From Ylistrum balloti (lineage: Eukaryota), in assembly GCF_031769215.1 (NCBI RefSeq), contig NW_026781874.1:62001-126000 (forward strand): a stretch of DNA of 64,000 bases, given 5' to 3'. Every line of letters begins with the position of its first letter. Positions within the stretch are counted from its first letter, which is position 1. This document shows positions 51,633 through 64,000 of the stretch, piece after piece. The translations under genes and the position numbers were made by a program. Under the pieces are notes generated by a model. The model was not told where the DNA came from, ran no database searches, and worked only from the letters and a program-made list of their open reading frames with translations.

Positions 51633-52551
51633 ACAAGTTATTTTGTCCTGTCATTATGTATTTTGTCAAACTTTATGGGGAAAGGGCTCTATATAAGTTG
51701 GAAAACTTGTGCCCAATTCCATTGAAATTGTCCAATAAAATATGTTTAAATCGTAAATAAAAAATCCTACATCAGTGTCAGTAACACGGTGATGGTGAGG
51801 CGTTACTGAGTTACATACATATGACTGTATTTTAGATAATGAAAAATACGTTACTTACTGATTAGTGATAATTTCATGGGATCGCATGTCCAATCTCGGC
51901 TAAGGACGTCATGAAATTATTTTTTGTCTTTTTTTTTTAAACGTATACCTTAAATAAATAATTCTGATGGAATTAATCTTTTGTTTTGTCTTTTCTTTCA
52001 CATTCCCAAGTTCTCAACGTAATATTCACCGCCAGCTACATACATGGTAAATACACCAGTATGTTATATATTATGTTCGGACACGGTGACTCCAAATGCA
52101 CGTTTTCCTGTTGTCATTACACTGTATTTACAAACCGACCAAGGCCGTAAAGTGAAATAGTTGCGGTAAAGCGTCACACCTCGTGTACAAATATGTCGTA
52201 ATCTGTGTAAGCATTATAGAGATACTCTACATGTAAAAGAAAAAACATATAAAATGTTTATGCAGTGTCAATGTTTTGTTTCACATGAATTGTTCAAGTG
52301 AAAACACATTAATACATTCTTCTTCATGGTACCTCCTCATGGAATAGTGAAATATATACCACGTGTTTGTTTGTTACTGATAACACCGTTTTTGTATGTT
52401 GATGTCAGTCCAGGTGATATCACAAGTAATTTGTTTTGGAAGAGGGCTTAAATGATGTGGTAATAATCCTGTTGCCGATGTTTATTGCAATACGATGTGT
52501 TTGAATCGCATACATGTCCCAGAAAGTGATTTACAGTCCTTTTCAAATTTG

Positions 52552-52754
52552 TGGTGGCTGGAACGTGACATCGTAATATCGCTTTATTTGGTGGAACGCG
52601 ATATTGCGAGACCACGATAACGCCAAGCGAGACCACGATATCGAAGCGAGACCACGATAACGCCAAGCGAGACCATGATACGGCGGTATGGTGGCCTCGT
52701 AATATCGCGTTCCATTAAACAAAGCGATATTACGATGTCAAGTATCAGCCACCG
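52552..52754. mobile_element. Second MITE of the same family, with internal ~20-bp tandem repeats
   Basis: TGGTGGCTGGAACGTGACATCGTAATATCGC ... GCGATATTACGATGTCAAGTATCAGCCACCG-TA; about 64-bp imperfect TIR; internal GAGACCACGATAACGCCAAGC repeats. Confidence 0.8.
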
Positions 52755-54004
52755 TACACATTTATATGTTTTAGCGAATCCGCTTATCGCTGTCTGACTT
52801 GAACATACATATTGTTGGCCAGGAAGAAATGCTTTTTATTTTCTACGAAAAAAATTGAGAGTCCCATTAAGATATCCGGATTGAGGATTTCCCTTATAAG
52901 TGACATAAACAGCTTACATGGCAACTTATCAGCCCTAGAGTCCTGATACAAGCCATCTGGTCATATAATGATAATAATAATACACACGCAAAATGTAATG
53001 CTTTTTTTTAAATCGAAAATTACAAATATTTACTATATTACTTTATGTTCCCATTAACTTTTCACCCGTGACCTTGAATTCACGCAGAATTCGATTCTTT
53101 CTATCATTTCGCCAGTTTGGCGACCTATCCTTCCTGACATTTACGTTGTACAGCGTTTAAACAATTGTTGTTGTTGTTTGTTTGTTTGTTTTTTTATTTT
53201 AACTAAACCTATTTCCTTTGTTTTTTCTTCCGGCTGAATTGCACATCCTTACTTGTATATTAATCAGGGATTATGGTTTCTACCAACGCTGCCATCTGTT
53301 ATTTACATTTAGCTACTGACCCGACGGAATCATGAAATTTTCGATGAAAACACATACGGAAGGGAGATAACTATTTAAACGTGTCGTATACCAACTTTTT
53401 GAGAGCTAAGTTCCGGTGCCTGTGTCGCCCGATTGTTGCGCTCACACTATATCCTTTATTGTTAAAAATGCACTCAGTATAGTTTGTTGCTTTTAATTTT
53501 TCGTCAGTCTAGTTTATGTGGGATGAAGATGGTCAATCTTAATGAAATATTTCCAATTTGAACGGGAACTGAGTATCTAACTGGAGTATTAGTAAACTTT
53601 TTCGTAATGAGTTTATAATGTTCACATACAGAACTAAATTTGTCGACTAGGTGCAGTTATTGAAGACACCAGTTCGAACACGATACAGCGATAAGTTTAC
53701 AGGCATTGAGTAATACCGGAGAGGCAGAACAGAGAGTATTTTACACGAAGAAGTGTCTTACAAAACATAATTGGATGTATAGCCAAAACCATAACGGGAA
53801 ACTGGGATTGGGGTAGGAATAACAAAATAAGAAACAGGTAAAAAAGCAGGTAGTAAAATTATACACACGGGAGTTGATAGGGGGTTAGGAGGGGAAGGGA
53901 ATAGAGATACCGAGTGTTGAGGTGAATTAGTAACCTGACTTGACTCTGCTCACTCAGTTATCATAGGTAATGATACATGAAGACAATTGATGTGGTACTT
54001 CAGA

Positions 54005-54242
54005 CGTAATGGAATAGAACTAAGGAGTTTGTCACGTCATTCTAACCTACGTTACACACACATGTGTATTATAGAGACTAGCACACACACACATGTGTAG
54101 TATAAAGACTTTTACACACACATATGTGTATTATAGAGACTAGCACACACATATACGTAATGGAATAGAACTAAGGAGTTTGTCACGTCATTCTAACCTA
54201 CGGTACACACACATGTGTATTATAGAGACTAACATACACATA
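54005..54242. repeat. Direct duplication, period 151 bp, with CA-rich subrepeats
   Basis: CGTAATGGAATAGAACTAAGGAGTTTGTCACGTCATTCTAACCTACG at 54005 and 54156. Confidence 0.9.
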
Positions 54243-55312
54243 TGTGGGTACTTCCGGTTGAAAGGTCGTGACAGTCTCCTGTTAAGCATACATATCATAA
54301 ACTGTTCTAACAGAATATTATAGATCCCGTACATTGTAAAGGTGACATGTGTTACTTATATATGCGAACAGTATCTCTAAATTTAAGAAGAAATAATCAA
54401 ATTACTACTATTACAACATATACATGTAGGCAGTGATATTATTAATTACCATCAGAGAGATAGATATTGTACAATCTTTGTGTCATTAATATTGTACAAT
54501 CTTTGTGTCATTAAACAGCAATTTTTAATATTAGTTCTAAACGCTAATACTGTTCCTTGTCTACCCTTTGATCAATAATGATTCCTTAGTTTCATATATC
54601 CTCTGTCGGAAGCTACATTTTGTTGATAGATTTATTTGTTTATGTTAGTTTTTTTTCTTTTGTTTTGTATTTCTCGAAATAAACATGAACATAATTACAG
54701 TTGTCATATTCTTCAGTGAAAAACGATAGAGCTCATTCATTTGTATACAGGTACTGAGGATCAATGTGTTTGATTTTTGTTATTTCTCTCCAGAACTTCA
54801 CCAATTAAAAACGTAGATAAATAATCCACCCTGTGTTGTGTGGTTTTGGGTGTTGTTTCTCATGTTTAACTTCAGAGAGGAAATAATAACGTTGAAAGTG
54901 AAAAACCAATTCCAAATGAAATCACATTTCTCATTATTATTTATCATGCTCCATATCTGAACCATTTTTGACAAGGGCTGCAAAACGTGGTTATTCTGGT
55001 TGTTTTTTCATCTTTTATCATTTTTGAGATCATGTTTTGCCCAGTAAGGATTAGAGAGCATCAGATAATACTAACGATATTCTCTCCCTCGTTTTTTTTT
55101 TTTTTTTGAAAAAATCACACAAAGTTTAGCCTCATGAAAAATATGGGACTTAGTATCGTTAAAAGCATTTTATCACTACAAGGCCAGTTAACGAATACTT
55201 GATAATACTGAATGAAATGTGATAGTTCCATGGTTACTACAATAATTCCTATATGTTCAGCTAAACATACTTATTCATAACTCTACATCAGTCATTTCCA
55301 TCATTTATCAGA

Positions 55313-58300
55313 ATGGCGTCCACCACTCATACTGTGTGGGTTACCACAGGAGACAAGAAAAATGCCGGGACGGATGCAAATGTATCCATGCGTTTCCATG
55401 GTGGAGAAGGAAAAGCGAGCACTGACGTCATCACCTTGGATAACTTCTTCAGAAACGACTTTGAAAGAGGACAAAAGGACACATTTTCGGTGACCGCGAC
55501 TGTAGTCGAGACCATCGACAACATTGAGCTGTGGAGAGATACTGCTGGTCTGAAAGACGAGTGGTATCTGAATACAGTTGAAGTGTTGTGCAGAACATCC
55601 GGGCGAAAATACATTTTCCCAATCTTCCGGTGGATCAAAGCAGACTCTCACTACCGCATACGTCATCTTGATACGTCACTTCCGTCTGACACTGATCCAT
55701 TCAAAGAACAACGTGAGAGGGAACTTGCAGAAATGAAGAAATTGTATGAAATACACGAGGAGTATCCAGGACTTCCCGGGCAGGTAAATTGCAAATATCC
55801 CAAAGTTGTTTACTTTTTAATATCACTATATTGCTTATTCTTCCAATCACAGAATGTCACACTTTTTTTCAATCGGTTTTCCCGCCTTTATATTTTTTTT
55901 CATTTTCCGCATTTTATTACACATAAACCTTGCAAAATATAAACCCGGCGGGATAAACTTTCTTGTTATCTTTTTGATTTATTTAGACTCACCTTTCACA
56001 TACAGTTTTGTTTCTCCATTAAAATGCGTTTTATTATTTTCTTCAGGTGAAACATCTACCTCCGGAGGAAAATTTTTCTGAGGATTATAAAGTATGTAGT
56101 AAGTCCGTAGATTTATTATAACGGTATTGTTTGAAAGTTGTTTTTAACATCAAATTCAGGCTATGTCATAAATATGATTTATTCGTACAGTTCCTGTCTA
56201 GACTGAAAGAGCATACATTCGTAAATACTGTATAAGAAACGACATATATTTCATATTTCTTGAATGATGTAAAACTCATTTGTAAAACAATATAGAAACG
56301 TTGGACTTGTGGGAATGTGTTAAGTTTATTTTAAGGTTATTTTGAGATTTCGGGATTTCTTTGGCTGTCCAGGATTTACAGGACAGTCGATGACAAAACA
56401 GCAGCAGATATTTACCTGACATATCCTTCAGGAACCTCTGGTCGTATTTCCATAAGCATATTAATGACCTGTTGCAAATTGATCTTATCGTGTCCGTCTT
56501 CTTTAAGTATGGACATGTTGAATATTTTAACATTCAGCTTAAATCTCGTATTATCTTGTGCGGTGTCGAGGCATTTCGTGGCATATTATTACCTTGCTTT
56601 GATGTGGTGATGTGATCTTAAATTTGAGATGGCCTTATAGAGAGGTTTCACGGTATTAAAGGTGCATATATTTACACTCAGATATTTTTGTAACATGCAC
56701 TATCATTTCAAACTTGATGTTTATTTTTCAATTAAACTGTTTTTAAAAACTTTTATTTCATAAACATAATGGATGTTTATTTTAATATGTAGTGGGACTT
56801 AGACAAGAAGAAAATAACGTTGAAAATAACTTCGAAGATACAAGAATACTTCACTGGTACATGGAAAAATCTTGAAGACCTAAAAAATGTTTACACCAAG
56901 GAAAGTCTCTTTATACCCGACGTAAGTTATCCTTCTTTTTTTCTTTTAATTTTGTTTGTTTGTTTTCTGTTCTGAAATGCCGTGATATTAATAGCCTATG
57001 ATTAACCTATTATGACTAAAAGGTAATACCAATTTTGCTGTCGGTTGCTATTATGAACATGCAATATAATGTTACACAGAGCGCAGCCCACTGGCGGGAG
57101 GATGAATATTTTGGAAGTCAGAGACTGACGAAGGTCAACCACTCCTCCATACGTCTCTGTACGTCGATCCCAGCAAAGTAAGCATGATATATTGTATACA
57201 TTCTGGTATGTTGATAAAATGTTGTAAATGTCACGTTTTCACAAAACTTTCATACATCATTCACAAATATTGAATAAAGGTTTTGAGCAATATCAGCCTT
57301 CATGCAGTTATTATCTTCAGATTAGTATTTTACGCTAAGTCTCCCGTTCATCCCTAAAGTAATATATGTAAAAAATCGATAGTATGGTATTGTATATTCG
57401 TGTATGTTCAAGAACAAATAGGCAAACTGTGTGTGATAACATTTTGTGTTGTTCATATGAATCAGTTTGGCAGTAACTGACGACATGGTCAAGCCAATCA
57501 TTGAGGACCTTACTCTTCAGCAAGCAATGGATGCCAAGCGTCTATTCTACATCGACTACAAGGTTCTTGAAGGCGTACCGTGTTTAGAAGGCAGAATGGT
57601 ACATAGTTAACAATATGTGGACACCAGTAGAGATGCTTGTTTAGACAAAACATTGTATAAAGACACGTGTGAAAGAAAACGGACTTAGAGGAAGTAAACT
57701 GCGTTAATATATGAAGAAATGTATCATACACGTATAACTATAAATAAAAATGAGTGTCGTAGAGTTGCCATAATCTTACATGCCACGTGTTAATCGTAAG
57801 GAATATTGACGCCTGTTCCAGTGTATACCAAACTTACAATATTAATCATTCATCTCCATTATCAGACATTTGTTTTAGTTTTTGTAAATCAGTTTTGATA
57901 GTAAACCTTCCGAATTTCTACGTTTTAGCCCCGTGCCTCACTGAAACAAAAGAAAACTTCATTCGAAACCATTACTTATTTTTCGTTTCATCCATTACTT
58001 ACTCATTTATGATTGTTTGCACCATTCTTTGTTTATTCAATATCTTTACAGGTCTGTGCTCCGATTGCACTGTTTTTTGTCAACAAAGACGGAAAGTTGA
58101 TGCCAGTTGCCATACAGCTGCAACAGACGCCAGGACAGGACAACCCGGTACATCATTTACTCTGTAATCGCTATTATGTGTAAAAACAATGACTACATTC
58201 ATCCTATTGATCCATGCATTTCGTCATAACGTCACGTCTGCGTAGTAAGTGGAAACGTTCATAAACCGTATCAGATGTAGAACCATTGCATAAACGTATA

Positions 58301-61300
58301 TTTTATCTAGTTACGTCATTATGTTTACAGGTGTTTTTACCTACAGACCCAGAATACACCTGGATAACAGCTAAACTATGGTTTAACAATTCTGACTGTT
58401 CCTATCACCAGGCTTTCTGTCATCTTGGTATGTATAGGCTGTTTAAGTATATTTTGGTTCCATGTCTTATAATTCAGAAAACAAAGTAACAGGCAGTTAT
58501 GTTCTATAGATTTATAGATGATTTAATTAAACCTTACATCCTTCTCGAATTAGAATGGAACAGGTACGTGCTTTCAGATTATCCTTTGATAAATAACCAT
58601 TGCACAATCTTCATATTCGTATAGGTTCTACACACTTCATGATGGATGGTGTGGCAGTGGTAACAAACCGTAACTTGTCCAGGTCTCATCCAGTCTATAA
58701 GCTCCTCGCTCCACACTTCCTTTACCTGCTGGCTATTAACACGTATGTGTCTTTAAACAATCTATGTGACTTCTTATTTTGTGTCGTTGTGTATTTATTT
58801 TAAAGAAAAATATAAAAAAAAAACTATGCTTTCCAGTGATCTTTGCAGTGTTTGATTTCATCTTTATTCTTGATACCATTTTTCATGTTTTAGACGAGCG
58901 CTAGGAAACCTCGTAGGCCCTGGAGGTTGGTTTGACAATGCCACGTCGATCGGCCGTCTTGGAACGTTTGAAATTATCAGGAGAGTGTACGTAAAACAAT
59001 CGATCGTGAATTGGTTAGATATGTAGACATCTCATCGACAAGTTCGTGTAAGCAGTGTTTGATTTAGCTGCATAATTTTCACTGTGCATAACGATAAAAT
59101 TGTGATTGATTGGAGTCTGATGCGTTACATTAATTTCATCAACTTGTGTTGTAGAATAAGTACATGGAGAATGGATGTTGAAGGGACCCTACCTAAAGAA
59201 CTTGAAAGCAGAGGCGTGAGTGTTTTTTTTCGAATATTGTCATGGAAAACAGAAGAACTTGGAATTAGCAAACAGAATCAGTTTCAAACTCTACAATTTA
59301 TAAAGATTGTGTTAATGCTGGATGCTGTTTTGTAGCTACATTTACAGGTGTAAGATGAAATAATGGTGTTATAAATGATGTATATTAATTAGTATTTACA
59401 TTTAAAGGTTTTGGATGAAAACGTTTTACCTGGGTACTACTATCGGGAGGATGCCTTACCTCTTTACGGCATCATCAAGAAATACGTCAGTAATTATTTA
59501 GCACTTTATTACGGTAAGCATTGTGTTTTGCTACACTTCATTTTCACAAACGTATATATATTTTTAGGGTCAGAAATGAGCAGATATCACAACAGATCCA
59601 ACTCTAGAAGACATCATTGTTCTAAAATGCTATATCAACGAATAGATGTAACATATTTTAGATTTTGTAGACTGCGAAATATCAGTAGTAATTGACAAAG
59701 CTTTGTTTCATTTCATGAATTGTACGAAGCCTGAATCACGTTCGGTTAAGTTTTAATGATATAAATAAGGATTGAATCAATGAGAGATATTTGTTCGTTA
59801 TGATGAACATTTTAAACAATGGCAAGATGAAACGAACGTTTAAAAAAATTGAAATTCCCGCCAAAATTTATAAAATAAGGATAGAAGAGTGCTTTATTGG
59901 TGACACAAACCCATATTTGGGCAAAATCAAACAAAATACTCATTAAGTTAATCTTGATCGTTTATTTCAATTCTAATCAAATTTGATTATGTTTTTATGC
60001 AATACTGAGCAAATTTTCAGAACTGTTTGTTTGGCTTCAGCCAGGGTCTGGTGTTGTATGAAGAATAAATTGTAAATACTCGACATACCTGACCCCTAAA
60101 GATTCCAAAATTATCAGATATATGTTAATTACAAGTTTTTATTAACTGATTGGGCTAATGCACTTCCCCATTCGGGATATGAGTTCATTTTAAGATTTTT
60201 CTCCGTCGTCTCCTACAACTTATACTTAAGGCCCTTTACATCACTGACGAATCCTAGAAGAACAAAATAGCTTATGTTGGAGTTCAATCAATTGATTGGC
60301 TCTATTGTACCTTATCTGAATTTGTATTCAAAGACCCTTTGACTTTTGTGTATTTAATAAATCTTTTTTTCAAGATTTAAGGCATAAAACTTAGCATTGC
60401 AGCATATGTGGATCGTTCAGTTAAATAAAGATATTCCTCAGTAAAGTAGATAATAGACTTCATATAAAAGATATTCTCAATATGAAAGACAGATTTGCAA
60501 TATTCACATTCCGCATCATTAATTTTCCGTGAAATGGAAAGTATTGGCATATATGTTAAATATATACTTATGACTACTTATAAGCCACTTTACTGGGGAT
60601 TTCCTACCTGGGAACAAAACAATTACTACGTATATCCGGATGTATCTTAATACGGATATAGAGATTCGTCATCCGAACTGACATATCCCATCTCAGTGTA
60701 AACTGTATTATTCGCATGTTTCGGATCTTATTTTGGAATAATCTTATTTTCTCTAGACTCGCCACAAAAGGTACAGGGAGACAATGAAATCCAAGGCTGG
60801 GGCCATGAGCTCGTGAAACCGATACTGGATGGAGGATGTGGACTAAAGGTACACGGTACACACGCATGCGCCTGACATGACTGTCAAATATAAGTCTTTT
60901 GTAGGAAATTGTCAGGTCAAAGAGTCATCGAGAGAGAAAAAAAAATCAAGAAATAACAGGAAGTTAATGATAGTAATACCTACATTTGTTTCCTTTAATA
61001 GATCACTTTCACAGTTTCTCTGATTGTTTTACAACGTCTCAAATCATTTAAAGAAAGTGATTTTAGACAATCCTTTCTTTTTATATCAAAACGATTTATA
61101 ACTTGAACTAAAAAAAAAACATCTCAGATACTCATCCACCTACAACAATCCAGGATACACTGAAAAATATTGCCGATAATTTCCACAAAATGATATCGTA
61201 CAGTTTTGTAATACGTAAAAGTGATGTTTTGGTTGAAGAATACATAATTATATACAGGGTGTACCTGGGGACGGCAAGTTCCAGACTGTAGATCAGCTCA

Positions 61301-62778
61301 GCATATGTTTGACCAACATCATTTTCACGTGCAGCGTTGGTCACGCTGCGACAAATTTCGCTCAGTATGACCAATATGGCTTCCCTCCAGCCTACCCCGG
61401 CGTAATGGCCGGCAAACCCCCCACGGACAAGGTTAGTGTTATATGTTGCCGTTAGATATGGAATTTGTACCAATAGTATAACCAGTTCATGGAGAAATTT
61501 AGAAAATCGTGCATAAATTAAAGATATTAAAATCACATGTTTCGATTTATGAAATTACAGAATTAAGATCAAATGTAAAGTAAAGTTTGAATTTCTTTTT
61601 TCATTTAAATCAAATGACACGTTCATTTTTCCATATAGTCGCCCTTGACAGAAGAGTGTGTCCTGGCTGCCTTGCCAGATAAAGCTACGACTCTTGACAC
61701 AATGCTCATAACCAAAGTTCTCAGCGACAAGGGTACCAATAGTCTCGGCGACTTTGAGGTCAACTACATATTTGACCCTGCAGCTCTCGCAGTTGTTGAA
61801 GAGTGAGTATTTGCAATTGTTTTTAACTTATTCGATGGTAAGTTGTATGTATAATGCTTTCAATACATGTATAAAATTAAATCATTTAAAAAAACAAATC
61901 CATTCGACCACACTCTTGTTTTAACTGATCAGACAGGAATAATAAAATTTAAACTTGACATTGGAACAATATCCACGAAAATAAGATTTCCTTTAATGGT
62001 GACCATCCCCATTTAGATTTTGAAATTTCCTTCCATCACTAAGCTTTTCCCCAGGCACTCCAACGCTTCAAACTCCGGACCCTTAGTATCACTGACGAGT
62101 CTTAGAAGAACGTAACAGCTGATGATGCAGGTCAATTTGTTGTTCGGCTCCATTGTATCTAACTCTAAATATTTATCAAAATGTGTTATGCACATTTGTA
62201 TTCAGATCACATACTTCCAGTTTGTCAAAATTCTATTCTCTCGCTTAAAAGGAAATAGTGAAAAAATCAGACACGCGAAAATGACCGGTATTCATATTTC
62301 TTCCGATGCATATTTAGATCTTGGTATGTAGGGTTAGTAAAACAACTATATTGCCTAAATTGTATCTTGACATTCACGTTTAATAACATTTAACACGTGT
62401 AAATGAGGCCTTGTACTTGAGTAGTTGTAGAGATGTTATGATTAATTTCAAATGAAATTGCCGTAGAGACCGTGATTACATCACACAAAATCTACCCTTG
62501 TTATCTTCAGTTTTCTTCCATTTGCATAGTTATTCTTTCAGCTTGTGAAATTATTATACGCCTGGTTTAATATTATTAATAGAAATTCAAACTTTATACA
62601 AACATTTGATGATGCCAATACGTCGTAAACGATGTAACAATATATGACGTCACTTTTTTTCAGTTTTCGTCATGACTTAAAGAAGATATCTCTGATAATT
62701 AGAGAAAAGAACAACAAGCGCAACCCGCGTTACCCGTGGTTGGATCCAGAGGAGGTTCCGAACTCCATAAGTATCTAA
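55313..62778 (+). CDS. ALOX-like: PLAT-domain lipoxygenase, arachidonate LOX / coral-LOX-like (663 aa)
   Basis: 15 exons: 55313-55783 (PLAT: VTTGDKKNAGTDANV..FERG..WYL..FPIFRWI), 56047-56091, 56793-56921, 57080-57177 (WREDEYFG), 57466-57598, 58052-58147 (MPVAIQL), 58331-58427 (HQAFCHL), 58625-58742 (GSTH..HPVYKLLAPHF), 58894-58986, 59155-59215, 59408-59513 (YYYREDA), 60757-60848, 61258-61431 (HAATNFAQY), 61639-61802, 62664-62778 (PNSISI*). All iron ligands present, including the C-terminal Ile; 1992 nt. Confidence 0.96.
60237..60280 (+). ncRNA. Heavily degenerate hammerhead-like motif (same family), LOX intron, sense
   Basis: ACATCA-CTGACGA-ATCCTAGAAGAAC-AAAAT-AGCT-TATGTTGG. Confidence 0.4.
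62086..62128 (+). ncRNA. Degenerate hammerhead-like motif (same family), last LOX intron, sense
   Basis: GTATCA-CTGACGA-GTCTTAGAAGAAC-GTAAC-AGCT-GA-TGATGC; stem I intact, GAAA changed to GTAA, U16.1 missing; shares GACTCGTCAGTGATACTAAGGG (22 nt, inverted) exactly with 1251-1272. Confidence 0.55.
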
Positions 62779-62921
62779 ACCATGACTCCGGAATTTGTAA
62801 CGTTCATTGTCAAGTGTTTTTGTTTGGTTATAATGTGTATCAATTCTAACAATGTTCCCTGACAATTTTAAGATATATGATTATCTGTTTGTATCGTCAA
62901 ACATGACAATGCTTGTGAAAA

Positions 62922-62927
62922 AATAAA
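62922..62927 (+). terminator. Candidate polyadenylation signal of the LOX gene
   Basis: AATAAA about 145 nt after the stop codon. Confidence 0.5.
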
Positions 62928-63024
62928 ATGTATCAAAAATTACGCCATCGGACAACCCAAACATTGTGTGAACCATATAAACACAACAAAACAATACCAA
63001 TGATAGTTTAATTGTTGTTCTGTA

Positions 63025-64000
63025 TCTGACACACACAAACAACACACAGGAATATTAGCATTGTTGTTCAGTATTTTATACACACAAACAACACACAGGA
63101 ATATTATCATTGTTGTTCAGTATCCTATACACACAAACAACACACAGGAATACTCTCGTCATTGTTCAGTATCTCATACATACAAACAACACACAGGAAT
63201 ATTAGCATTGTTTTTTAGTATCTTATACACACAAACAACACACAGAAATATTATCTTTGTTGTTCAGTATCTTATACATACAAACAACACACAGGAATAT
63301 TAGCATTGTTGTTCAGTATCTTATACACACAAACAACACACAGAAATATTATCTTTGTTGTTCAGTATCTTATACACACAAACAACACACAGAAATATTA
63401 TCTTTGTTGTTCAGTACCTTATACACACAAACAACACACAGAAATATTAGCTTTGTTGTTCAGTACCTTATACACACAAACAACACACAGAAATATTAGC
63501 TTTGTTGTTCAGTATCTTATACACACAAACAACACACAGAAATATTATCTTTGTTGTTCAGTATCTTATACACACAAACAACACACAGAAATATTATCTT
63601 TGTTGTTCAGTATCTTATACACACAAACAACACACAGAAATATTATCTTTGTTGTTCAGTATCTCATACATACAAACAACACACAGGAATATTATCTTTG
63701 TTGTTCAGTATCTTATACACACAAACAACACACAGGAATATTATCATTGTTGTTCAGTACCTTATACACACAAACAACACACAGAAATATTAGCTTTGTT
63801 GTTACACACAAACAACACACAGTATCTCATACACACAAACAACACACAGGAATACTCTCGTCATTGTTCAGTATCTCATACATACAAACAACACACACAG
63901 TATCTTATACACACAAACAACACACAGAATACACACAAACAACACACAGAAATATCATCTTTGTTGATCTTATACATACAAACAACACACAGGAATATTA
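63025..64000. repeat. 49-bp minisatellite, about 20 copies, continues past the window end
   Basis: Unit ACACACAAACAACACACAGAAATATTATCTTTGTTGTTCAGTATCTTAT; some truncated units near the end. Confidence 0.96.

Noticed and set aside
54753-54785. CTGAGGA-TCAA-TGTGT-TTGA hairpin as a sixth hammerhead
   Set aside because: Followed by TTTT rather than GAAA and no stem III or I; no family flank similarity.
48000-55312. Catalase-like allene oxide synthase domain fused upstream of the LOX
   Set aside because: No catalase-like exons recognised upstream; the protein starts directly with PLAT. The 377-N gap is too small to hide the domain.
1-64000. Autonomous retroelement or transposase explaining the hammerheads or MITEs; tRNA or rRNA genes
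   Set aside because: No RT, GIY-YIG, DDE or Rep/Hel motifs and no cloverleaf or rRNA signature recognised by eye; highly decayed relics cannot be excluded.

Overview
Eukaryotic, AT-rich, intron-rich scaffold with three N gaps; gene and repeat content resembles a mollusc/bivalve (inference). The supplied ORF track misses most exons, so I rebuilt genes by hand from splice sites and reading-phase continuity. Six protein-coding genes: a cluster of three CUB-domain genes (gene 1, minus, 5609 to off-window; gene 2, minus, 21480-11215, signal peptide + 4 CUB + TM; gene 3, plus, 23854-27466, signal peptide + 1 CUB + TM), two tandem SLC5 sodium:solute symporter paralogs (minus, 36216-27850 and 47501-39230), and a complete PLAT + lipoxygenase gene (plus, 55313-62778). 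Best leads: (1) a dispersed family of five minimal hammerhead-ribozyme motifs, one with an intact core lying sense in a CUB intron; (2) three independent minisatellites seeded exactly at exon/5' splice-site junctions, one creating an identical in-frame competing donor in an SLC5 transmembrane exon; (3) both SLC5 paralogs share a rewired substrate pocket relative to SGLT1 (H83M, K157N, Y290V, T460R); (4) a lipoxygenase with Ala at the Coffa-Brash site. All alignments and folds were done by eye and need computational confirmation.
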